NCBI RefSeq assembly: GCF_001194135.2
Contig: NC_068991.1
Location: 27,261,179 to 27,303,051, forward strand
DNA: 41,873 nucleotides
Direction: 5' to 3'
Source of the DNA: Octopus bimaculoides
Taxonomy: Eukaryota
Shown: positions 10,738-23,849 of the stretch, piece after piece
Numbering within the stretch: position 1 is the stretch's first letter
Layout of the letters: every line of letters starts with the position of its first letter
Notes under the pieces: model-generated
What the model saw: only the letters and a program-made list of their open reading frames with translations
Told to the model about the DNA's origin: nothing
Database searches by the model: none
Position numbers and translations under genes: made by a program

Positions 10738-13700
10738 AATATTTGCGTGTATGTATATATGCGTGTGTAGATTCTGTGGTTTTCATATTTGATTAACCAC
10801 GTTTCATTAAGTGGTTATTCAAATACGAAACCAGGAACGTCTACCTCATCGTACTTAGTTTTCAAAAAAGTATATGATTAATGTCAGAAGGCAGAAATGG
10901 ACTAATGGTGGCGAAAAGAAGAGGACAAAGTTGAAAATGATGGTAGTTGGGGAAAAAGTGGAGAACGAAACGTAGAAACTATTACCTGTTCGTCTGAGCT
11001 AAATAAATATTCCAATGCGAATCAAAAGTGGATGTAGAACGAAGGATGACTGAACTAGAAAGATATTCTACGAGTTTTATTCTTTCATTAATATCCGTCT
11101 TAAATATTTCTTAACTATTTCTTAAATATTTCTTAACTACATTAGCAAATTTTCAGACACAAAATGACTGTATTCTATGATGTTCATGAAATAAGAAGAC
11201 GTGGTTGATCAATTTAGAAATTAAAGCTATGCAACAAAAGTACCATTTATTAAAATGACAACGGAAAGAAGTATCGTCGTCATCATAATTAATTGTTCCT
11301 ATTCCACTGGTTTTGATGGGGTGTTTTGCTAACTATAATTTATCGTGTAACTCACGCAATGTACGTAGAGGCTCGAAGTGTGATGTATAAACTGCAACAG
11401 ATTGTTACAGATATTACTGATTGGTAGAAAGGAAGATACATATCCACACTGATATTAACACAAGCATCGGAAATCTATTAGGCTTCAAAGTTGTCAACTG
11501 ATATATAGTTATCACGCTAACAAATAGTATAGCTAACGTATTCTGATCTTGGAATACGTTGTTCTTTGTTTAAATTTTAGGTATTCAATTAGCTTTCACT
11601 AATTGAAAACTAGTCATTGTAAAATTCCTACACTACAAAACACGGTTTTTTTTTATTACTGATGTTGTTGTGTTTTAGAGAGGACTCAGATGAAACATTA
11701 CCATTTATCTATTTGATTATCGTTTCTGTTGCATTTTTGTTTCCTTTTTCTGTAATCCATCCAGGAAAACAGACCCACACGTCCACACACCATGAAATAT
11801 AAACCTATGATTTGTGAGAGTTTTCTTTTATCTTGACAAGCTAGGTTAATAAGTGATCTAGTAAACTATGAAGTTCTTTCTTGCAGAATGACAAATCTAT
11901 TCTGTTTCACAGTAAATTAGATATTCAAATATATTATTGGAATTTGTGTTCCACTTCTTCCGTTCCATTTTCTCCACGCGATATTTCAAACTTCCCACTT
12001 ACTATTATCGTTTTATTTTCTTCATGTTTAATTTTTGAAACTTAATGATGATATATTTTATCTAAATAATATTTCACAATGTCTGTTGTACATGAGATAC
12101 GACCATAATAAACTGTGAAAGTAAGGTATTTATAAAGCTCGTGAATACCATTTCCCTTATCACTTAAAAAAATCATGAAAATAAGACCTTGAAGCGAGTC
12201 ACGTGACACAATAGATGAATAGTCTGTGGAATTCACTTTGGTTCAAGTGTAAAAGTTCTCTGTGAATCTAAGAGGCACTGTTTTGGTTTCGATGCTGAAT
12301 GAATATTGACGACGCCAGCAACAGTTACAGAATAAACGTGAACTTTTATAGTGTCCCTTTTTCATTATATATGAGGTAGAACTAATTTATAGTTAATGTG
12401 ATTCCATTTTATCGATGACATAGATTTACCCATCAAACAGATAGTATGTTTGTAAAATGCATTTTACTAAACGAGTCGTATCTTTTCAGACGATTCAGAG
12501 CAGTGTAATATCTCCATGTTTCCTATGTCGACAATATACAGAATGCTTAGTACTTATCTTCTTTCGCTACTGAAGTTACCTCTCCTAGCGGATCCCTTAA
12601 AAAGCATTAGATGACTAATCATTCAACTACGGTAGTAGTTGAATAATATTCTTAAGGCCGCAATTTACTCACACGCAGCATTTTTCAGAGCTTTTTGCTA
12701 ATTCAGTTCTTACCCAAATTGAAAACTGTCAACAGTTTTGAAGAGGACTGGTTCCTAGCAACATTTTGGCGTAAACAAATTGAGATTTCGTCCAGTAGAA
12801 AAAGTTTACATCAAAATGTGTAGCAACGTTATAGGAAAGTAAGTAACGACCCCAGTCAAGTTTAGATCTAAATAACTTTTTTTATTTTAAAAGCAACATA
12901 TATTTATCTTAGCTTCAATGATAGAAGAAAGCATGAGGAATTTCATTGTTTTGATCCTATGAAATAAAAATTTGTATCAAAAAAGTTGTGAGGTAAAATA
13001 TCATGAAAAAAGATACATAAAGAACAAACTATGTTTTCATTAAGCTTAAATGAGAGAGCTTAATTCGAGGAATTTCATGGTATCAATCTCATGCAATGAA
13101 GTTTTAAAAGATAAAAGTTATGAGTATTTGTTTCTCAAATGTGAGGGTGATAATATAGTTCTATATTTTTTGTATGAATATAGTTCTATAAGGGGACTTT
13201 TGGTATGTGTCACCGGCATCTTTGAGGTAAGGAAAAAATTATCAACGTCACCACCGCTGATTGACACATTTCACACATTATTAATTAGCATAATAGCATA
13301 GCCTGAAAAAAAACATGGATTACATGGACAGAGAAATAATATTCTTAAGATTATAAACCTGGAAAAGCACAGGACAAGTGGTAATATTGCAGCTAAGGAT
13401 AAAATTTGAATATTCAAAAATATTTTATTTTAATTTACAAAGTAACATTATAATTTTGTTAAAATAGTGACCCTCTAGAATACTTAAAAAATGAGAACCA
13501 GAAGTACCAATATAGCTAAACCTTTATGCAAAGTAGAATAGTATATATAGTAGGCAAATTCATTATGTAAAAGAATAGGCATTGGGTCAAGACTAAAAAT
13601 ATGAAGACTTGGCAATAACTCAAGCAGGTTTTACTTTGAATTTGTTGTTATAGGTAGATTTTACTTTAATATATAACCGACTTTTGTATGATTTTATTTA

Positions 13701-15121
13701 TTGAACAAACTTGTTATGAACTACTATTATTTTTCATAACCTATTTTCAAATTTCTAATTATTAATTAATAATTAAAATAATGAAATTTTCTAAAGTGTA
13801 AAAAATATTTTGAGTTATCTTTTATTTTTAATAGAAGTAACAAGTAATAAGAAATAGAAGTAATAACTTATGATAAAATTTCTAGTTTTAATAAAAGCTA
13901 GTATTTTCTTAATCTAATTATCTTATTAGAAATTTTATCCTTAGCTGTAATAATTGAAGTAAAACATTTTCTTATTCTATACTTTACCAGATGTAATAAC
14001 TTGTCCTGAACATTTCCAGGTTTATTGTTTTAAGAATATTATTGCTCTTGCTCACATTTTTCCATCTAATAAATATATCTGAAATGTATATATAAATGTA
14101 TTTCGAATTCACAATATTGTGATACTTATAAAATGCTGAATATATGGGCAAAGCATTTTCTTAAATGTCTCATTTCTTTTCCATGCTAGAAGTAAATTTT
14201 AAACATTTCATGTTAAAATTTAATTATCATGTTTGATATGGAAATGTTCGCTACGACGCAGCATTGATTGTTAGCGTAAATACTTGCCGACATATGACAA
14301 ACTATATCTCTAAATTGAGATGGAAATTATAATATTGTCGAATGAAGATAAAATCAAACCCTTGTTCATAGCTGAGACTAAGCAAAGCAGTTATGAACTA
14401 AGTATGAACGTGCTCGGAATATCCGTAAATACTCAAGTTAAACATCGGCAGTAAACAAGAAGGTTTTTTTTTTAATTTATAAGTTTAAACTACAAGTGGA
14501 GATCGTCGTAAAATTACATTTACTCCACCCACACGCAGATGAAGCTCAGGGAAGCATTTGGTATGTGCTTCATTTGTTCACATTTACATAACAAATACCA
14601 ATATCGCATTTTACTAGAATCATTATGGACATAAATACAAACAGCTTGGCGGCTCTGTCCAATGAAGGATATACCACTCCACATCAAAATACAAAATTCT
14701 CTGTAATGATTAACTTGAAGAAGTATTTTCACATTATATAACATTATATATACATCATAGAAAACAATTAATGAACTTTGTTTCATCTTCTCTTTGTAAA
14801 TCTTTTGACACGTAATTGAGGTTTTTATCGTTCTGTAATTTTCTAAACGATTTTGATCGATTCAACTATAAAGGGAGAGTTTTCAATCTAAAATATAAAA
14901 CGTTTTGTATATTTCCGAACGATTGATTTATTTTGAATTAAAATAATGGACTGTCTATCATGTTACATGTCGACGAATGGTGTCTTCCGCTTTAAAGCAT
15001 CAGAGAAAGTTTATAATAAGCGAAATGTAATCTTGAGATAGAATCCATTCTTGATTGCAGCTATCTTAAATTACCACGTAAAGAAGGTTGTTGTTATAAT
15101 GTTGTTATAACAGAAAATCCA

Positions 15122-15330
15122 AAGGGAGTGAGCTCGCAGAATCGTTAGCATGCTGAGTAGGATGCTGAGCGGCATTTCGTCCGTGTTGACGTTCTTTGAT
15201 AAAATTCCGCTGAGGTCGACTTTGCAGTCATCCTTTCGGGGTCGATAAAATAAGTACCAGTTGAGCACTGGGGTCGGCGTGATTGACGTATCCCCTCCCC
15301 CCAAATTACTTTCCTCGTGCCAAAATTTGA
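15122..15330 (+). mobile_element. tRNA-headed SINE copy (same family as 16322 and 19735)
   Basis: Shares GAGGTCGACTTTGC..TCATCCTTTCGGGGTCGATAAAATAAGTACCAG with 16322-16490. Confidence 0.8.
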
Positions 15331-16188
15331 AGCCACCAACGGAAAATTCCTTCAGAAATATTATTGGCTCCCCCCAAATCAAAAGTGTTTAAATATTTAA
15401 CAAAAGAAATTGTAATACACTTTGTTTTACATTTGCAGCTTAGAAGAATATCAATAATCGCTGTTTTGTTATAAAGTAATATCTTTTAGTTAGTGTCCAT
15501 CATAAATTCTCATTTGTTCAAATTACTCAGAGATATAGTGTAGATCCAGAATACGAATACAGGTTTAAACTAAGAAAATCTTCTACATAGACGATTCGCA
15601 AATTTAGTCATCGAGGAAATTAAGTTTGTTATCATTTAAATAGCTGAACTAGTAATATTAAATTTTCTTCATGAGATAATTTTAATGAAATGCACTTATG
15701 CAAAAGAAAAGTTATTAATAACAAATAGATTCAACATAATCAAATGATGTTTATGCAAAATTTTGAAACAAAATATATTAATGTTACTTACTTAGAAAAG
15801 TCACCTATTTCAGTCGATAGACAGGGTCGATGCGCACTCTTCATGAAATTATTTCATAATGCATTCCAAATTTGCCATAATACATGGAAAGGAGGAATCA
15901 ACAAAGGATAAAACAAATTTGAAGGAGAGGTGATTGATTATATTGTATATAAACGTCGTACATTTGATGGCGTATGAAGTAAAATTGTAACAAATAACTT
16001 TAGAGTGGTAATTTAAGTGCATTGACTTCAAATTGTCATAGAAACCATGCTACGCATTTGGCTTTAATAGACAGACGTGTAAAAAGTACACCTTCTGTAT
16101 TTTTATTTCCGAGAAATATGTGATATCATATAAATGAAGATCAGTATAACTTTAATTTATCTCGGAGGTTAAAATTTGTTCATTGTTG

Positions 16189-16194
<6 letters not shown>

Positions 16195-16277
<83 letters not shown>
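16195..16277. repeat. (CT)n microsatellite
   Basis: Read directly from the sequence. Confidence 0.98.
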
Positions 16278-16283
<6 letters not shown>

Positions 16284-16321
16284 CCTGAAGGAAAAATTGA
16301 TGCTGAAGTAGAAACCAAATT

Positions 16322-16490
16322 TGAAGGCGGTGAGCTTACAGAATTGTGAGCACGCCGAGAAAATTCTTAGCAGCATTTCATCCGTCTTTACGTTCTGAGT
16401 TCAAAATCAGCCGAGGTCGATTTTGCCTTTCATCCCTTTCGGGGTCAGTAAAATAAGTATCAATTGAACCGATGTAATCGACTTACCCTA
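16322..16490 (+). mobile_element. tRNA-headed SINE copy
   Basis: B-box-like GAGTTCAAA followed by the same conserved body as 15122-15330. Confidence 0.8.
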
Positions 16491-16494
16491 TTGC

Positions 16495-18350
16495 TTCTAC
16501 AGCAATTCTGGATCATGTTGGAGAATGCCATTATCATAAATCAATGGACCAACTGGTGAGGCAGCGGTCCTATGCTTATTTGCATTTGAATAGAAAACTT
16601 TTGGGCTTTGTTTGATTTTTTTGTTACCCACCGTTCCTCTTTGATTTTCACTGCAGGTTTTCATGTCTGCACATGAAGTTTTTCCAACGTTTCATTGTTG
16701 TAAAATGTGGATGTGTTTTAATTGGTTGATTTTTTTAAAGTCTTTTTGTATTCCTGATGAGTGTCTTTTTTTTTTCTCTGTAAGGAGCCTGTTTCTGTTT
16801 CTGCTAGTTAATTTCGTAGGAGCGTGTTTTGAGCATGTATAGTTTACAAAGTCCTCAAAGCGCTGCCATGTGGTTTCACTGTCAGTGGAACTGAGACTGA
16901 AGGACCGGTCGATAAAAACCGATCCTGTTCTGATTGCTCCCCTCTCCGTGTTGTCAAATAAGTACTGTGGGTGAGGTAGCTGGTTTGGCTTTGATATGCC
17001 GGAAATGTAAGTTGCAGAGTACCATGTCGTTGTCTGAGAGGAAAGTTTTTCAACTGAAATGCTAGAGTGGTTTGTTAATAACATATCCAATATCGTTTTA
17101 TTCTGTCTTGTTGATTCGAACACTATCTGTGTCAGGAAAAATTCATTCATTAGATTAAAGAGTAATTCTGCTGCTATTTTGTCTGGCGTAGTACATTTGC
17201 TTAGCTTTAGGGCATTTGTGGACTAGTTTATATAGGGAAAGTTAGAATCGCCCATCAGCAGTATGTTTCCGGAGTTGTATTTTTGAAGGAAGGACTTGAT
17301 TTTGAGGCATTCTGCAAAGCATTTTAGAGGTGCTTGGGGAGACCTGTGGAGACCAAAAATGATTATAACGTGGGTCTTGTTGAATAGTGATACGGATTCT
17401 CAGTAGACACTGGAAAATATATCCTTGACATCAACTGCAAAGGAGTCATGGGGAAAGATGGAAAGATTGCTTTTTTTCTATTTTTCGTTTGTTTTGTGCC
17501 CTTCAGATGGTGGTTGTTGCATTCTAGGTTCAGGCACATCCTAAGTGGCACAGACGTTTGGCACAGCTTAGAATGGAAGAAGGTGCATCCGTTGCCTTTT
17601 GTGCATCCATATTTAGAATCAGAGTCATAGACTCTGTATTTACGACAGTATTAGGGGTGAAGATGAGGGTAGTTTTTTTCCTGTTATACCATATGGACAG
17701 GTGCCCTTAACAATTCTACGGCATAAGGTAGGATGGAAAAAAGGGCAGCGTGCCTTGTAGGTGCCGTTGGGGGCAAAATCTACTGTTACCTTAGGTATGG
17801 TAACGACAGGATTTTTGAAGTGGGCATAGTAGCCGTTTCTTCTATATTGGCAGACTCATTGGTCAGTGGTCCCATTGTAGTAGCTGTATCCGTAGCAGAC
17901 TGTTGTTGTTGTTGTTGTTGTTGTTGTTAAACTTGGCTTGCAACAGTAGGGCTGGGTGGAATCAGCATGTGGCTGTACATTTTCAATCCCTTTATCTATT
18001 TAAGATTATAGGTGTGATTACAATAATATCTGACTTTCGTTTCTACTTGGTCGCGTAACTGCGTGTCGTCTCGTTGATGTAATAGGTAAGTAGATTGGCA
18101 GAGTTGGCACAGCTAGTAGAGATCTGGATTAAATAGTTTATACTATAATGGTGTTGATTATCTGTTTTATAACGATGTGAATCGCCAGTTTATAACAGGT
18201 TTGACTTGGAATTGATAAATATAATTATTTCTTGAGTAGGAATCTATGGTGATAAACCCGTTACTTATAACTTAATTATAAGCATTTGTCACCATACACA
18301 AATCTTAACTCAGGCTGCGTAAACGCCGTGGGGATTTATACACACCACAA
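16495..18350 (-). mobile_element. CR1/L2-type LINE, 5' half (ORF1 with CCCH-like fingers + AP endonuclease), no RT
   Basis: ORF1 remnant GCTKGNGCTFFHSKLCQTS...CLNLECNNHHLKGT. APE motifs GLHRSPQ, ILLMGDSNFP, LTQIVFESTR..ILDMLLTN. Post-endonuclease IKQSPKVFYS...VGPL. The left (16495) end is set by the SINE junction; the right end (18350) is approximate. Confidence 0.85.
17901..17927. repeat. (TGT)n tract inside LINE ORF1 ((CAA)n on the LINE sense strand)
   Basis: Read directly from the sequence. Confidence 0.9.
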
Positions 18351-19273
18351 AACGCTGAACGTGCATGTATGTTGAAGATAATAAAATTCGCTCTTTTTTC
18401 ACAGCTATAATAACAGTTTCATAGTTGCAGAAATGAATTTCATCAACAGGTGGAAAAAAATTAAGAAAGAGAATTTTTTTACTAAATTAGTTTACTTACG
18501 TACAAGAAAACTGTCATAGAGAATTAAGACATAAAATTTATATTAACTAATTCTTCCCTAACTAAGCTACAAGAGTTTTAAACAATTCGAAATAATCTTG
18601 TTGAATTAGCTAAGAGACACGGCATTGCAAATAACCAATATCTCAAGAGAGTGAGCGTCAGGAAACGAGTGACAACCAACAAACACTAATTAATTTCCCA
18701 AAAATCAGGGTTTTTATAACTGCTCATACCTGAATTCTAAGAACCGTATTTCGTGAAAGATTTCTCTTTAGCGAAAGTTAGAATTCAAATGTAGACAGTA
18801 ATCTTAACCAATGGGAAAATAATAATTATACCTATTCGGGCAACATGACCATTACGTCATGTTACCGCCGATAAAGATTTATTATGACTTGTGTGGTTGC
18901 AATACAATTTGGTTCTACTGCTTGCGTTTCTGAATTAAATATTTGTGATGTATGTAAATTAATACAAATTTTGGTCAAAAGAACTCCCAATGCACTGATT
19001 ATCAATATTTTGTCATGATTACAGCATCCTCTGTGACTGTAATATCCAAAATATTAAATTGCAAATCATGTCTAAGTTGTTACACATTACTTCACCATCG
19101 TATGTCTAACTTGAAGCAGTATATGACAGACTATTACTGTTTGTGCACCATTTTCCATGTTAACAGGTCATTTCTGTGAAATTCTCTCTGAAATTTTCAT
19201 TTTCCTCATAACTAATCACTATAGTTAACTGGAAGGTTTCCCATAACTTTCTATCTATCAATGAATTGATAAC

Positions 19274-19292
19274 CCTTTATGTTATACAGTTC

Positions 19293-19324
<32 letters not shown>

Positions 19325-19408
19325 TCACTGCCTGGAATCGAACTCGGAATCTTGGGATTAGTAGCCCGCGCTCTTAATCACTACGCAACATGCCCACGGG
19401 CATAGTGA

Positions 19409-19448
<40 letters not shown>

Positions 19449-19458
19449 NNNNNNNNNN

Positions 19459-19490
<32 letters not shown>

Positions 19491-19661
19491 CACAACATCG
19501 AAAAATACCTTAGGAATAAGAACGCAGGTTCAAAATTTCCCCAAGACACCTGATGAAGACTGGAGGGTATATCAGCCGAAAAGTTGTGTTAACAACAAAC
19601 AAGATGAGGACAAATATCCGTCAATCGTAAATAATGTAAATAATGTACCTTTATGTTATAC
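19274..19661 (+). mobile_element. Retroposed SINE/hammerhead element with 14-bp TSD and inverted 5' segment
   Basis: TSD CCTTTATGTTATAC at 19274-19287 and 19648-19661. Inverted tRNA-like head (A box 19388-19378, B box 19344-19334, minus strand). (AAT)n tracts, an HHR, and an (AATAATGTA)2 tail. Confidence 0.88.
19545..19590 (+). ncRNA. Minimal type I hammerhead ribozyme motif (this copy probably impaired)
   Basis: Helix I GACAC/GUGUU; CUGAUGA 19550-56; helix II GACUG/CAGCC (one mismatch); GAAA 19578-81; GUU triplet 19583-85. Position 19582 is A where canonical GAAAC has C. Confidence 0.72.
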
Positions 19662-19734
19662 TTTCAAAATTTGAATCACGTTCTAAACAGTTTGCAATTT
19701 AGGCACAATCACGTTCTAAACAGTTTCTAATTTA

Positions 19735-19940
19735 GGCACAAGGCCAGCAGTTTTGAGAGGAGAGGTTACTCGATAACGTCTGATCTCAGTACTTGATCGG
19801 CACAATACTTCACTGACGCCGACAGAATGAAACCTAAAATTGACTTTGACGAAATCTGAACTTAAATGTGAAGAGCCGGAACAAATAGCGAAATATATTT
19901 TAACAAATACACTAAGTATTCAGGCAATCAACCGCCCACG
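19735..19940 (-). mobile_element. Degraded SINE copy (15122/16322 family), opposite orientation
   Basis: Diverged reverse-complement match to the family body. A 33-bp tandem duplication (19674-19706/19707-19739) lies at its tail. Confidence 0.6.
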
Positions 19941-22900
19941 TTATGTTATTAGTAATAACATATTTAATTAATTAATAGATATTGAATATTATTTATTTGA
20001 CAGTTCCATTGTGTTTGATGTACTTGAGTCGCCAAAAATATTACATTTTACATATTGAGCAATGGAAGATATTTTCAAGAGAAATTTTATTTGTTTTATT
20101 AAAATATTGTTGGAAATGAATTCCGCTTCCTTCTCTTTAACACTTTAATTAATTTATTTAGACGGCAATAAAAGTGTGTTTGTTAAAAGAATTAAGTAGA
20201 ATATGAAATAAATAAATTGACGTAACAACGCATTACTCTCTCATGGGGTTGTCATGAGTTAAAGTTTCTTAGTTCTTATCCGCTTGATGTTTAATTAACT
20301 TCGCAGCGTCTCACGAACGTCCATATTGCAGAGAGACCTGTTTCCATGGAGCTTAGTATTGATTGATATATACACGATAACATTAAGAAAGAAACAGGAT
20401 ATATTTAGAAGTAATTAGTTTCGTTGAATTATTTGAAGTTAAACACAATCACGAGAAACGAAGATATAGGAAATAATTTCATGTTGATAATTCAGGAAAA
20501 TGGATGCCAAATAATTTTACGTGTAAGTAACTAATTGAATGATTCCAAACGAAAGAATGCGAAGCAGGAGCAACAAAAAAATGTTGCGGAGGAGTAATAA
20601 AGCAGGCACTCGGTCAAACATGATATGAACAATATTTTTAACACGCAACAAATAAGTAAGATGGTCACTACATTTCTAGTATTGTTATTCACTCTAAGAC
20701 TTATGATTCTCGGAACAATATAACTGAACCAACTATCTTCATTTTTCTTTCAATGTTAATTACCCACGAATTCTTTTGTACCATTAGAGTATCATATTTT
20801 TCAATTTCTCCATTGGAGTTTTGATTTTGTTACATGTTTTCTCCTGCTTCAATGCAATTCTGGTTGGTATATCATTGATATGTCGATCTAATATCACTTC
20901 AAAATCCGTCTTGGCACGCAGAACCATAATGTAGAGCTATTCAATGAGGTATAATTTGAAATATCTCATCAGATAAATTATTTTAGTTTGTTGCACATGA
21001 ATGGGATTATAATGTGTACTGATATTTAAAACCAAAAGAAAAGAAAAATGAAGCAACGGGAAGCTGGCAGATTTGTCCAAAGAAATTCAATTTTCAAACA
21101 TATTGCTGAGTTTTATTCAATGAAAACCCCTTGAAAATAACACAGTTGTCATTATTAGGTGTCTTCAAAGGATTTAATAAAAATGTTGCCAGGCATCTCT
21201 ATGCCGTGACTTAAATTTATAATTTTCTAAGGTGTTACAGCAATTAAAATAGAATTTTTTGCCTTAAAAATGAAGCCTTGTATTTTAATGTGCAGATACT
21301 ATGATAGCCAACTGTTTGGAACAACATATAAGCAGAGATCTGAGGGAATGCTACTACATCAATCGAGAATAACAACACGACAAAAGCTCATTCTTAGTTA
21401 GCACATATCATAATGACTGAAATATGATTTAGTACAACACCCGTAGAAATTTAACTTTCATGATTTCAAAAATAACGGGCGGATATCTTTTGAGTTCTAC
21501 TTAACCTAGTTATGAAATATAGGAATGGAATATTCCTGCATTAAATAATTTTAAAAGCATCAAGATAGCCTGTTAACCTCTCTGATAAATGCTAACACAG
21601 AGAGACAAACAGACAGAGAGAGTGGGAGAGAGAAAGAATGGCAGGCAGGCAGGCAGACAGATAGATAGAACAGAGCCAAACAGACAGATAAGAAAATATA
21701 TATAACCACTACATTGTCTAAAAGAGGAATATGTGTATTTGTGTTTATATACAATAACGTATAAATGGTAGAGCATTCAGCAGACAGGTGAACCTTTATA
21801 ATAAGGCTCATGCAGAATCTGCATGTTAAAATGGTCGACAAGGCTGCACTTTGAATTACAGGTTTAATTCACGCTACGGGTTGCCCTCTTCATAATTTCG
21901 CTCACATGCAATGGATCGATCCGAGGCTATTGAAACAACTTTCGTCCAAGATGCTACGAAGTGGGAACAAAACCTTCTGATCTCTAACAAGCAATAGAAA
22001 AACACCGGTTAAGCCTTCCAAAAACAGTAATTTGATCTGAAGTTGTAAAATTAAAAGCGTATTCTTATATAATTCACATTTCGCCAAATCACATTTTACT
22101 TTCTTATTATTACTTAAATGTTTGTCTCAATGACAATTCCATTTTAATTGTAATAAACATTACCTGTAAAAGGAATAAATTAGCCGTGAAAATGCGGGCG
22201 CAAGAGTGTTAATATATTTAGTTGAACCTACAAAAGTACGGAAAAAGCACAAATGAAACTTTTGAAATACTACAGTTAAAGCCGAAACTGAAACACGAAA
22301 AAGTATTATATTGCATTTACTTTCACTCGAATGTAACAGTATAACTTCTCTTAAGATTTTATACACATCATGACAAAAATTATAAATGGTGCTTCCTTAT
22401 AAGATAATGTCACGTCGATGATTAAATGGAGTTGAAATATGCATAAATGATGGAAACTTAGTTTGTGTTTTATAATTTAAGAATGCACAGTAGACTTTTC
22501 TTCGGGAATTTGAAATATAGCTGAGCTGACATTGGGGCGTACAGAAATATAAGCTCATCTGAAGATCGAAAAGATTCTCTTGTCCACAATTTTTCTCACC
22601 TATTTGCAGCCACATAAGAAGTTCTATACCGTCAATTCAGAAATAATGAGAAATAAATGGAGCAGTTGTTTTAGTGAGCTCTACATCCTTCCACTAAACA
22701 ATAAAAAAAAATATCCGTACTAGAAAAAATAGATTCAGAATGTGTTCATAAACCTCTGGAAGTCTAATAACCTTTGAGATTTTGATGTCTTGAAAATTCC
22801 ACATCGGCAAAAGCCTGGTCCTCTATAAAGCTAGATCAACAAACCTCCTTTTCTGAATGTACAACAAATTTTATATATATTTGCTACACGCATCATAAAT

Positions 22901-23802
22901 TGATGAATATGGTCAGTCCAATATCTGCATGAGAGTGCTACGTGAGAAAGAAATTGGTTTTTCAAATTTAGTGTTAGTAACTTCATGCTACACAAAAGCA
23001 ATATTTTACGCTTCCAGTATTTCTTATCTTCTAGTTTTCCAGATTCAGTTACTGTAGAATATTACCACTTCCACGCTCACATTTCTCCTGTTAGCATGTA
23101 TACATACATACAATTATATATATATATATATNNNNNNNNNNNNNNNNNNNNNNNNNNNNNNNNNNNNNNNNNNNNNNNNNNNNNNNNNNNNNNNNNNNNN
23201 NNNNNNNNNNNNNNNNNNNNNNNNNNNNNNNNNNNNNNNNNNNNNNNNNNNNNNNNNNNNNNNNNNNNNNNNNNNNNNNNNNNNNNNNNNNNNNNNNNNN
23301 NNNNNNNNNNNNNNNNNNNNNNNNNNNNNNNNNNNNNNNNNNNNNNNNNNNNNNNNNNNNNNNNNNNNNNNNNNNNNNNNNNNNNNNNNNNNNNNNNNNN
23401 NNNNNNNNNNNNNNNNNNNNNNNNNNNNNNNNNNNNNNNNNNNNNNNNNNNNNNNNNNNNNNNNNNNNNNNNNNNNNNNNNNNNNNNNNNNNNNNNNNNN
23501 NNNNNNNNNNNNNNNNNNNNNNNNNNNNNNNNNNNNNNNNNNNNNNNNNNNNNNNNNNNNNNNNNNNNNNNNNNNNNNNNNNNNNNNNNNNNNNNNNNNN
23601 NNNNNNNNNNNNNNNNNNNNNNNNNNNNNNNNNNNNNNNNNNNNNNNNNNNNNNNNNNNNNNNNNNNNNNNNNNNNNNNNNNNNNNNNNNNNNNNNNNNN
23701 NNNNNNNNNNNNNNNNNNNNNNNNNNNNNNNNNNNNNNNNNNNNNNNNNNNNNNNNNNNNNNNNNNNNNNNNNNNNNNNNNNNNNNNNNNNNNNNNNNNN
23801 NN

Positions 23803-23839
<37 letters not shown>

Positions 23840-23849
23840 TAAATAATAT

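Noticed and set aside
19321-19400. Functional tRNA gene
   Set aside because: A and B boxes and an anticodon-like loop are present, but there is no complete acceptor stem. It sits inside a TSD-flanked retroposon, as do the other tRNA-like heads at 8.3, 30.8 and 34.5 kb.
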